The position numbers and the translations under genes were made by a program. From the NCBI GenBank assembly GCA_016432345.1, contig CP066685.1, positions 695,740 to 759,739 of the forward strand: a DNA stretch of 64,000 nt, in the 5' to 3' direction. The DNA comes from Candidatus Levyibacteriota bacterium. GTDB taxonomy: Bacteria; Patescibacteriota; Microgenomatia; Levybacterales; UBA12049. The notes below the pieces were generated by a model. It saw nothing but the letters and a program-made list of their open reading frames with translations, was not told the origin of the DNA and ran no database searches. Shown here in pieces: positions 9,545 through 17,150 of the stretch. Within the stretch, counting starts at the first letter, position 1; each line of letters opens with the position of its first letter.

Positions 9545-9629
9545 GTGCCGAAGAGAGGATTCGAACCTCCACGAGCTTTAGGCTCACAGCGTTCTGAACA
9601 CTGCATGTCTACCATTCCATCACTTCGGC
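9545..9629 (-). tRNA. tRNA-Leu (anticodon CAG), type II
   Basis: Reverse complement GCCGAAG...CAGTG-TTCAGAA-CGCTG, long variable arm, GGTTCGAATCC, CTTCGGC-A. Confidence 0.8.
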
Positions 9630-9699
9630 AAGTACACCTATTCTAACAAACACTGTAAAACTTGACAACAAACCAAAAAATGTGCAACTATAAAATACC

Positions 9700-10281
9700 A
9701 TGGGCAAATTTTTTAGACTTGCAATTTTTTTGTGCTTAACACCCGTTGTTTTTTTATTACTCTTTGTTTCTATTTCTTACCTCTCATATCTTAAAGTTTT
9801 TCAAGATCCATACCACGTGCATCTTTCCCAAAGTCAAACTGTAGCTTACGCCGCTTTGCCATCTGCACAGGATATTATCGAACAAGAAGTAATCATGCAG
9901 GATGCCAGAGTAGAAATGATAAAACAATTCTTTGCCAAATATAAATCGCCGCTAGAACCGTACGCAAAAGAGGTTGTTAACTATGCCGATGATTTTGGTC
10001 TTGATTTTCGGCTTATTCCCTCTATCGCCATGCAAGAATCTAACCTTTGTCTTAAAGCTCCAGTTGACTCCAACAACTGCTGGGGATTTGGCATATATGG
10101 CGGCAAGGTAAGAATGTTTAAAGACTATAAAGAAGGGATTTATGAAGTTACCAAAACCCTTGCTACAAACTACAAGAAAAATGGCTTAGAAACGCCAGAA
10201 CAAATTATGACTCGCTACACCCCAGGAAGCAATGGCAGTTGGGCTAGAGGAGTAACCCACTTTATGAATCAGCTTCAGTAA
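9700..10281 (+). CDS. Secreted lysozyme-like / lytic-transglycosylase-like peptidoglycan hydrolase, paralog 1
   Basis: Signal anchor; conserved block IPSIAMQESNLC...WGFGIYGG (putative catalytic Glu-Ser context as in SLT-type muramidases); clear paralogy with the next gene. Confidence 0.5.
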   Translation: MGKFFRLAIFLCLTPVVFLLLFVSISYLSYLKVFQDPYHVHLSQSQTVAYAALPSAQDIIEQEVIMQDARVEMIKQFFAKYKSPLEPYAKEVVNYADDFGLDFRLIPSIAMQESNLCLKAPVDSNNCWGFGIYGGKVRMFKDYKEGIYEVTKTLATNYKKNGLETPEQIMTRYTPGSNGSWARGVTHFMNQLQ

Positions 10282-10336
10282 CCCATAGTAAACCCCTTGA
10301 CAAACCTATAGTTACATGATAAAATTCCCCCTTAGA

Positions 10337-10379
10337 TCCTAAGGTATGGCCTTCAAAACCCCATACGTTAGGATTTTTT
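10337..10379 (+). terminator. Compound hairpin plus T-run between the two paralogs
   Basis: ATCCTAA-GGTATGG...CCATACG-TTAGGAT nested stem followed by TTTTTT. Confidence 0.4.
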
Positions 10380-10380
10380 A

Positions 10381-10935
10381 ATGGTAAAAAAAGGAGTGCT
10401 TCTTTTTACAGTGCTGGCAATTATCTATCAAAACTTTATTCCAAATGTCTTTGCGCAGAAATCTGCAGGATCGTCTGCTGTGTCTATTGTCACACTTCCA
10501 GAACAAGAAGAAGACGCAAGAGTAAAAATTCTTAAAAAATATCTTGAAAAATACAATTCGCCTTTGGTAAATTATGCTAGTGTCTTTGTTGCGGAAGCTG
10601 ACAAAAACAATATTGATTATAGATTGCTTGTGGCTATATCTGGTGTCGAATCCACCTTTGGACAACAAATTCCTAATAATTCCTACAATGCGTGGGGATG
10701 GGGAATTTATGGCGATAATATGATTAGATTTTCGTCTTGGAACGAAGCTATTGCAACTATATCTGGCGAACTTAGACAAAAATATATAAATCAGTGGGGA
10801 GCTAAAGATGTCTATCAGATTGGAAGGTTTTATGCTGCTTCACCAACATGGGCATCCCGTGTTAATTACTTTATGGAAAAAATAAACGCGTTTGCCCTAA
10901 AAAATCCGGGGCAGTCTCTTCCCATTTCACTCTAA
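10381..10935 (+). CDS. Secreted lysozyme-like / lytic-transglycosylase-like peptidoglycan hydrolase, paralog 2
   Basis: Signal peptide; the same architecture (KYxSPLxxYA...DxRLLxAISGVESTFG...WGWGIYGD...) aligns along its whole length with the preceding ORF. Confidence 0.5.
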   Translation: MVKKGVLLFTVLAIIYQNFIPNVFAQKSAGSSAVSIVTLPEQEEDARVKILKKYLEKYNSPLVNYASVFVAEADKNNIDYRLLVAISGVESTFGQQIPNNSYNAWGWGIYGDNMIRFSSWNEAIATISGELRQKYINQWGAKDVYQIGRFYAASPTWASRVNYFMEKINAFALKNPGQSLPISL

Positions 10936-10959
10936 GTAAGGTATAATTGCCATTTAGAA

Positions 10960-11042
10960 GGGTCGGTGGCGGAACTAGGTATACGCGTATGGTTTAGGAC
11001 CATATCCCGAAAGGGTTGGAGGTTCGATTCCTCTCCGACCCA
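10960..11042 (+). tRNA. tRNA-Leu (anticodon TAG), type II
   Basis: GGGTCGG acceptor; anticodon stem TATGG/CCATA with loop TTTAGGA; long variable arm CCCGAAAGGG; GGTTCGATTCC; CCGACCC-A. Confidence 0.75.
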
Positions 11043-11055
11043 CCCGTAAATAATT

Positions 11056-11889
11056 ATGAACATTACATCAACAATCGAAAAGCTAAAAGACAATACAATT
11101 AAATTAACTATTACTATCCCCAGTAACATGGTTAAAAAAACCTGGGAAAAAGTAGTTGAGGAAACATCAAAAAACGCCAAAGTTTCGGGTTTTCGTAAAG
11201 GCAAGGCGCCAAAAAAATTGATTGAAGAACAAATTGACACCGAAAAAATACGTGAAGAGGTTCTTAAAGAATTACTTCCTCAAGCCTATATCGAAACTGT
11301 TAAAAAACACAACATTACCCCAATTGTTAATCCAAAAATTCATGTCGAAAAATTTGAAGAAGGTGGAGATTGGGAATTTACCGCCCTTACTTGCGAAACA
11401 CCAGAAGTAAATCTTGGTAAATATAAAGACGAGATTCAAAAAATTACTGCCAAATCAAAAATTATCATTCCTGGTAAAGAGCCGCAGCAACCAAACTTTG
11501 ATGAGATTGTAAAAACTCTGCTTGCAGCCACAACAGCAATTATTCCATCAATGCTTATCGAACACGAAGTAGATAGGCTTTTAAGCCAAACGCTTGACGA
11601 AGTAAAGCGGCTTGGCATGACACTTGAGCAGTACTTAAATGCTACAAAAAGAACACCGCAAAACCTTCGAGAAGAGTATCAAAAAAAGGCAGAAACCGAC
11701 ATAAAATTGGAGTTTGTTTTACAAAAAATTGCCGAAGCAGAAAAAATCGTTGTTGAAGAAAAAGAAATACAAGAAGCAATCCAAAAAGCCAAGGATGAAA
11801 CAGAACGAAAAAACCTGGAGGCAAACAAATATCTTCTAGCTTCAATCCTGCGACAACAAAAGACTCTTGATTTTCTGCGCAACCTGTGA
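11056..11889 (+). CDS. tig: Trigger factor, short form (277 aa; ribosome-binding N domain plus C-terminal arms; apparently lacking the PPIase domain)
   Basis: N-terminal domain with the GFRKGKAP ribosome-docking signature; total length about 150 aa shorter than canonical Tig. Confidence 0.7.
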   Translation: MNITSTIEKLKDNTIKLTITIPSNMVKKTWEKVVEETSKNAKVSGFRKGKAPKKLIEEQIDTEKIREEVLKELLPQAYIETVKKHNITPIVNPKIHVEKFEEGGDWEFTALTCETPEVNLGKYKDEIQKITAKSKIIIPGKEPQQPNFDEIVKTLLAATTAIIPSMLIEHEVDRLLSQTLDEVKRLGMTLEQYLNATKRTPQNLREEYQKKAETDIKLEFVLQKIAEAEKIVVEEKEIQEAIQKAKDETERKNLEANKYLLASILRQQKTLDFLRNL

Positions 11890-11917
11890 TAAGGTAAACC
11901 CGAAATGGGGAAGCGCT

Positions 11918-12511
11918 ATGCAAATTACAACGCAAAAAAAGCAGAAAAACTCTTTAGGGCAATTTGTTGATCAAAACCCGGTCGAAGCAATTCGCAGTAT
12001 CGGTGGTGGTACCGAGTGGACTAATGATTTTTGGGAACAACTACTTGGTGAGAAAGAAAAGAAACAACCTCAAAAAAGTGGCGAACTTCAGGAAGGACAA
12101 GATCTTAATTTATCAATTGAACCAGGAATTGATTACAGACGAGAAATAATTCATGGTTCAGAAAAAATAGCCTCCGAAGAAAACCAGGCTCTTATTCAAC
12201 AAATAGAAATGATAGTTCTTGAACTTAAACGCTTGAGCGCATCTTCAAAAGAATTGGAAATTGAATTCAAAGATGTAATTGTTACCCAAAATGTGGTTAA
12301 ACCCGGCAAATATCACCAGGGTTTTTTTGAATGGATGCTAATAATTATTAAAACTGCCCGCCTGCGAATAGAAGATGCTGGCGCCTGGCTTTCTGCCATG
12401 AAAGGCAAAAAAGGTAAAAAACAATCACAAAATTACTGGGAAAGATTTAAAAAAGAGGGCACCACTTTTGGCCTCTCCAACGAACGCGTCGTTTCCACCC
12501 AAACAGGGTAA
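11918..12511 (+). CDS. Hypothetical protein (charged, Lys/Glu-rich)
   Basis: Uninterrupted ORF with coding-like composition; no recognisable motif. Start chosen at the internal ATG downstream of the tig stop. Confidence 0.4.
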   Translation: MQITTQKKQKNSLGQFVDQNPVEAIRSIGGGTEWTNDFWEQLLGEKEKKQPQKSGELQEGQDLNLSIEPGIDYRREIIHGSEKIASEENQALIQQIEMIVLELKRLSASSKELEIEFKDVIVTQNVVKPGKYHQGFFEWMLIIIKTARLRIEDAGAWLSAMKGKKGKKQSQNYWERFKKEGTTFGLSNERVVSTQTG

Positions 12512-12529
12512 AATAAAAGGGTTATTAAT

Positions 12530-13150
12530 ATGAATGAGTTACCCACCGCTGGTAATCCCGAAACCTCCCGCTTTCCAGAATTTGAGTATGGAAGAGATTT
12601 ATATGTTCAACTTTTTAAGGATGATACTCCTTTTGTTAACTTAGGTTATCTTCCTTATCAAAGAATTATAGCAGAAAGGGCACTCAGTATTTTAGAAAAT
12701 GATGGACATATTAGGCTAACACCTATGCCTTGTGCTACGTTCACAGGAGAAAAAGGAGATCTTGGTGATGCTGTATATCTCTATTTGCTCAGGCATGACG
12801 GGTACAGTCTTCACGCTGATGTGGAAGTCCCAGAAGGCGGTATTGATCAATCTTGGATTTTAAGACATACTTTTTTTGGAAGTGAAGCTAGCAGCACAGT
12901 TGTAGAAATTAATATGCTTCCGGGAGACACTAATTGTGAAGATCTAACTAGTTTAGTTAGACATTTATATGAGGAAAAAGGAGTACAAATAGGTGGTCAT
13001 CCAGAAATTCATTTAGAACCGGACGCATTGTTATCCCGAGTAAAATCAGCTTTGTCTTCCTCAACACACCAGGTGTGTGGTAGCTTGACACATAAGGAAA
13101 AATGGTACAATCGTTATGATGATTACGAAGCTTTACTGTTATGTAGATGA
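12530..13150 (+). CDS. Hypothetical protein; region is GC-richer than its surroundings
   Basis: 206-aa ORF with no motif recognised; its end overlaps the DUF3800 gene start. Confidence 0.4.
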   Translation: MNELPTAGNPETSRFPEFEYGRDLYVQLFKDDTPFVNLGYLPYQRIIAERALSILENDGHIRLTPMPCATFTGEKGDLGDAVYLYLLRHDGYSLHADVEVPEGGIDQSWILRHTFFGSEASSTVVEINMLPGDTNCEDLTSLVRHLYEEKGVQIGGHPEIHLEPDALLSRVKSALSSSTHQVCGSLTHKEKWYNRYDDYEALLLCR

Positions 13151-13696
13151 AAGCGGTCAAAATACAAAAGGAAAAGTATTTGTCGTTTCTGTGGTTGTAA
13201 CAGGTCAAAAACGGGAAGAACTTATAAAGATTTGTGAACAATTAGAACAAGTTAGTGGTAAGCGGAAGGATAAATGGGGCGAAGCTGATCATGAAGAACG
13301 AATGCGTTATCTTCATCATATTTTTGCAGATGACCGTTTTAGGGGCTGTTTACGCTACGAAGTGTTTCGTCAAACAATCGATTACGATACGGCAACTATT
13401 AAAGGTATTGTTGCATCAATAAAATGGGAAAAACCGAGTAGCAAGTATACTACGCTTATATATTGATGGACTTAGAAAAACAAAACGGCATGAATATGGA
13501 GCAAAACTTCGTCATTTGGGACTATCTGTTAGAAAAGTACAAGGAATTGCGAAAGACGAAAGTAATACTTTAACTCGTCTTGCTGATGCTATTGCTGGCT
13601 TTGTACTTGACGCAGTGGATGGCACATCGGAAGAGATAAAAGCATTATTTCGAAAAGCAAAGCGGGATAGTATGCTTATTGAAGTTTCTCCATAAA
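13116..13696 (+). pseudogene. DUF3800-family protein, interrupted by a +1 frameshift near 13440-13466
   Basis: N-terminus KLYCYVDESG (DUF3800 YxDESG signature). Frame A stops at 13466; the downstream part (IDGLRKTKRHEYG...LTRLADAIAGFVLDA...) continues in frame +1 to 13696 and matches the conserved C-terminal half of the family. Confidence 0.55.
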
Positions 13697-13809
13697 AAAA
13701 CCACCCACTAAGGGGTGGAGGAGCCTAGTCTTTTGAGAGACACATGCCATAACGGACAGTTTTCAGCTCTGATTTGCATTATTTATATCACATTTCTGCT
13801 TTTTCGTCA

Positions 13810-13911
13810 ATGCCAAAAAATCAACAGTTGATTTTACTCGGAAAATTCTATACAATTCTAAAGGTGAAACAATTTTGCATTCTTACTGTCGTCCTTATTG
13901 ATCTCGCATAA
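13810..13911 (+). CDS. Putative ilv leader peptide (33 aa: MPKNQQLILLGKFYTILKVKQFCILTVVLIDLA), 14 of 33 residues Ile/Leu/Val
   Basis: Short ORF whose stop lies 2 nt before the first of the alternative stem-loop segments upstream of ilvB; the C-terminal third is ILTVVLIDL. Confidence 0.55.
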   Translation: MPKNQQLILLGKFYTILKVKQFCILTVVLIDLA

Positions 13912-13942
13912 ACGAGCGGGGCTGACTGTAGAAAAACATACT

Positions 13943-13966
13943 CCCGCTCATAAGCGGGATTTTTTT
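13943..13966 (+). terminator. Attenuator terminator: CCCGCT-cata-AGCGGG plus T7, abutting the ilvB ATG
   Basis: 6-bp GC-rich stem followed by TTTTTTT. The upstream segment GAGCGGGG (13914-13921) can pair with TCCCGCTC (13942-13949) as a mutually exclusive antiterminator. Confidence 0.55.
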
Positions 13967-15652
13967 ATGAAACAAATGTCGGGTGGGCATATGCTGATGG
14001 AAACTTTCTTAAAAGAAGGTGTGGATTTAATTTTTGGCTATCCAGGGGGCGCTATTATGCCTGTATATAATGCCCTGTATGATTACCGAGGAAAAATCCG
14101 CCATATCTTAGTCCGCCACGAGCAAGGCGCATCCCACGCCGCAGAAGGATATGCCCGCATAACTGGCAAACCAGGTGTTTGCTTGGCCACTTCTGGTCCC
14201 GGCGCCACCAATCTTATTACCGGCATTACCGATGCCTTAATGGACTCTGTGCCTTTAGTCTGTATTACAGGACAAGTTGCTTCCCATTTGGTTGGAACAG
14301 ATGCTTTTCAGGAAGCAGACATCGTTGGCATGACTACACCAATTACTAAATGGAATTACCAAATTACCAAAGCCTATGAAATCGTTAACGTCATTGCCAA
14401 AGCATTTAGTATTGCCAAATCAGGCAGACCTGGACCTGTTTTAATTGATATTACCAAAGACGCCCAAATTGATACAGGCAGTTTTTCCTACAAACCATAC
14501 CAGATTAAAAAAACATATCTCTCGCTTATTACACAAAAGAATAATATTAAAAAAGCAGCAGACCTTCTAAATAATGCCAAACGGCCTTATGTACTTATTG
14601 GTCATGGAGTGCAAATTTCATATGCCGAAAAAGAGCTTTTACAGTTTGTAGAAAAAGGCGGATTTCCGACTGCCGCAACCATCCACGGATTATCTTCTCT
14701 TCCCGCCAATCATCCTCTTTATGTTGGCATGCTTGGTATGCACGGCAATTACGGATCTAACATCCTAACAAACAAAGCAGATGTGATTATTGCCATCGGC
14801 ATGCGATTTGACGATAGGGTAACAGGAAGAATAAAAGACTATGCGCCTCAAGCCAAAATTGTTCATGTTGACATTGATCAAAGCGAGCACAATAAAATTA
14901 TAAAAACCGCTTTGGCAATAGTTGGCGACGCAAAAGAAGTTTTGCGAAAACTTATCCCCCTTATTAAGAAAAACTCTCACGCAGAGTGGATAAAAGAGTT
15001 TAGAAAATGTGATGCAATAGAATATGAAAAAGCCGTTCGCCCCGAAATGGCGCCAACAACCCCTCTTATCAAGATGGCAGAAGTTATCGCCATGCTGTCA
15101 AAAAAAACAAACGGCCAATCTATTATTGTTGCCGATGTGGGACAACATCAAATGATGGCAGCGCGTTATTATAAATTTCAAAAACCGAAAAGCTTTATCA
15201 CATCCGGCGGACTTGGCACTATGGGTTTTGCTTTACCGGCAAGTATTGGTGTCAAACTCGCCAGTCCAAAACGAAATGTAATTGCTGTTATTGGCGATGG
15301 CAGTTTTCAAATGACTATTCAAGAACTGGCAACAATTACCCAGGAAAAATTACCTGTTAAAATAATACTATTGAATAATAACTATTTAGGTATGGTGCGA
15401 CAATGGCAAGAGTTATTTTTTGACAGAAGGTATTCTTTTGTCGATTTAGATAATCCGGATTTTATCCAAGTGGCAAAAGGATTTCGCATTCCAGGCTTAA
15501 AAGTGGAAAAACGAAAAGATTTGGCAAAGGGAGTAGATAAAATGCTTTTAGCAAAAACACCATTTCTTTTGGAAGTGCATGTCGAAAAGGAAGGAAATGT
15601 TTTTCCCATGATGCCAACCGGCGCTTCGGTGGAGGAGATAAGACTGGAATAA
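13967..15652 (+). CDS. ilvB: Acetolactate synthase (acetohydroxy-acid synthase) large subunit
   Basis: ThDP enzyme: GVDLIFGYPGGAIMP N-terminal motif, GDGSFQM ThDP-binding motif; roughly 560 aa. The start could instead be the ATG at 13991 or 13997. Confidence 0.9.
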   Translation: MKQMSGGHMLMETFLKEGVDLIFGYPGGAIMPVYNALYDYRGKIRHILVRHEQGASHAAEGYARITGKPGVCLATSGPGATNLITGITDALMDSVPLVCITGQVASHLVGTDAFQEADIVGMTTPITKWNYQITKAYEIVNVIAKAFSIAKSGRPGPVLIDITKDAQIDTGSFSYKPYQIKKTYLSLITQKNNIKKAADLLNNAKRPYVLIGHGVQISYAEKELLQFVEKGGFPTAATIHGLSSLPANHPLYVGMLGMHGNYGSNILTNKADVIIAIGMRFDDRVTGRIKDYAPQAKIVHVDIDQSEHNKIIKTALAIVGDAKEVLRKLIPLIKKNSHAEWIKEFRKCDAIEYEKAVRPEMAPTTPLIKMAEVIAMLSKKTNGQSIIVADVGQHQMMAARYYKFQKPKSFITSGGLGTMGFALPASIGVKLASPKRNVIAVIGDGSFQMTIQELATITQEKLPVKIILLNNNYLGMVRQWQELFFDRRYSFVDLDNPDFIQVAKGFRIPGLKVEKRKDLAKGVDKMLLAKTPFLLEVHVEKEGNVFPMMPTGASVEEIRLE

Positions 15653-15653
15653 T

Positions 15654-15902
15654 ATGAACATTCAAACCTATACCATAACAGTTGAATCCGAAAATAAACC
15701 AGGAGTACTCTACCGTATCGCCGGTATTTTTGTGCGGCGAAAAATTAATGTTGAAAGTTTGTCTGTTGCCGAAACAAAAACTAAGGGCTTGTCAAAATTT
15801 TCAATTATTGCTAATATTACACCATACAACGCAAAAAGAGTTATTGAAAGCATTAAAAAAATTGTGGAAGTAACCGACGTTAATGCCGTAATCAAAAAAT
15901 GA
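15654..15902 (+). CDS. ilvN: Acetolactate synthase small (regulatory) subunit, minimal ACT-domain form
   Basis: 82 aa; ACT fold pattern ITVESENKPGVLYRIAGIFVRRKINVESL; positioned between ilvB and ilvC. Confidence 0.8.
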   Translation: MNIQTYTITVESENKPGVLYRIAGIFVRRKINVESLSVAETKTKGLSKFSIIANITPYNAKRVIESIKKIVEVTDVNAVIKK

Positions 15903-15946
15903 AACAAAATAATAATAACCTACAAAAACTCTAAACTGCCTCTTAT

Positions 15947-16993
15947 ATGAAAATAAATTTTGGCGGTGTCATCGAAGACGTGGTCACCCGAAAAGAATTT
16001 CCATTGACAAAAGCAAAGCAAGTGCTTAAAGACGAGGTAATTGCAGTAATTGGTTATGGCGTGCAAGGACCAGCCCAGGCATTAAACTTGCGGGATAACG
16101 GCTTTAGTGTGATTGTGGGACAACGAAAAGGTGGTCAGTCATTTGAAAAAGCCCAAAAAGACGGCTGGAAAGAGGGAAAAAACCTTTTCGATATAGAAGA
16201 AGCGGCAAAACGGGGAACCATTATTTGTTACCTTCTTTCCGATGCCGGGCAAATTCAATCCTGGCCGATTATTAAAAAACATCTAACACCTGGCAAAGCC
16301 TTATATTTTTCTCACGGCTTTGGTATAACTTACAAAAAACATACCAAGATTGTACCGCCAAAAAATGTTGATGTTATTTTGGTGGCCCCCAAAGGCTCGG
16401 GACGCACTGTCCGCAAACTCTTTACCGAAGGTAAAGGCATTAACAGCAGTTTTGCCATTTTCCAGGACGCCACAAAAAAAGCAAAAGAACGAATACTTGC
16501 AATAGGCATAGCCATAGGATCGGGTTATTTATTTGAAACAACGTTTGAAAAAGAGGTTTTTAGCGACCTAACAGGAGAAAGAGGCGTTTTAATGGGCGCC
16601 ATTGCCGGGGTTATGGAAGCGCAGTATAATTTGCTTCGCAAAAAGGGGCACACGCCATCGGAAGCATTTAACGAAACGGTCGAAGAAGCCACCCAAAGTC
16701 TTATTCCTTTAATTTCCGAAAACGGCATGGACTGGATGTTTGCCAATTGTTCAACCACGGCACAGCGCGGAGCGCTAGATTGGAAAGGAAAATTTAGAAA
16801 AGCTGTCGAACCGATATTTAATGATTTATACAAAAAAGTAAAATCAGGTTACGAAGCGCAGGTTACCATTAAAGCAAATAGCAAGAAAAATTATAAAGTT
16901 GGTTTGCAAAAAGAATTAGACACCATCAAAAATTCCGAAATGTGGAAAACAGGAACCACCGTCCGCTCCCTTCGCCCCGAACGACAAAAGTAA
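15947..16993 (+). CDS. ilvC: Ketol-acid reductoisomerase
   Basis: Rossmann motif GYGVQGPAQALNLRDNG; class I KARI length (348 aa). Confidence 0.9.
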   Translation: MKINFGGVIEDVVTRKEFPLTKAKQVLKDEVIAVIGYGVQGPAQALNLRDNGFSVIVGQRKGGQSFEKAQKDGWKEGKNLFDIEEAAKRGTIICYLLSDAGQIQSWPIIKKHLTPGKALYFSHGFGITYKKHTKIVPPKNVDVILVAPKGSGRTVRKLFTEGKGINSSFAIFQDATKKAKERILAIGIAIGSGYLFETTFEKEVFSDLTGERGVLMGAIAGVMEAQYNLLRKKGHTPSEAFNETVEEATQSLIPLISENGMDWMFANCSTTAQRGALDWKGKFRKAVEPIFNDLYKKVKSGYEAQVTIKANSKKNYKVGLQKELDTIKNSEMWKTGTTVRSLRPERQK

Positions 16994-16997
16994 GCGT

Positions 16998-17026
16998 TTG
17001 ACAAATAAGACACAACCTCTTATACT
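16998..17026 (+). promoter_or_regulatory. Sigma70-like promoter TTGACA-17 nt-TATACT; predicted start site falls at the leader ATG (leaderless leader mRNA)
   Basis: -35 TTGACA at 16998-17003, 17-nt spacer, -10 TATACT at 17021-17026, 7 nt before the ATG at 17034. Confidence 0.5.
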
Positions 17027-17033
17027 ACGATTA

Positions 17034-17090
17034 ATGAAGACAAATCAAAACATTCTCCTTACTATTGATCTCCTCCTTACGGAGATCTAA
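17034..17090 (+). CDS. Putative leu leader peptide (18 aa: MKTNQNILLTIDLLLTEI), 6 Leu and 3 Ile
   Basis: Short ORF ending 35 nt before the terminator hairpin; the Leu codons lie inside a self-complementary segment GATCTCC..GGAGATC. Confidence 0.6.
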   Translation: MKTNQNILLTIDLLLTEI

Positions 17091-17124
17091 TGGTTTGGGA
17101 GAAATAATTTTTAGATAATAACAA

Positions 17125-17150
17125 TCTCCCAAGCAAGGGAGATTTTTTTT
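17125..17150 (+). terminator. Attenuator terminator: TCTCCC-aagcaa-GGGAGA plus T8, abutting the leuA ATG
   Basis: Hairpin followed by TTTTTTTT. The upstream GGGAGA (17096-17101) and GGAGATC (17081-17087) can pair with ATCTCCC as alternatives; the 3' arm GGGAGA also serves as the Shine-Dalgarno for leuA. Confidence 0.6.

Noticed and set aside
10378-10779. 133-aa minus-strand ORF
   Set aside because: Entirely antisense to the well-supported secreted hydrolase paralog 2; composition is that of a mirror ORF.
10932-11240. 102-aa minus-strand ORF
   Set aside because: Overlaps tRNA-Leu(TAG) and the trigger factor start on the opposite strand.
13686-13716. CCACCC-ACTA-AGGGGTGG hairpin after the DUF3800 gene as an intrinsic terminator
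   Set aside because: The A-run is upstream, not downstream, on the coding strand, so the orientation fits a minus-strand terminator with no minus-strand gene to terminate. Left as a structural note only.
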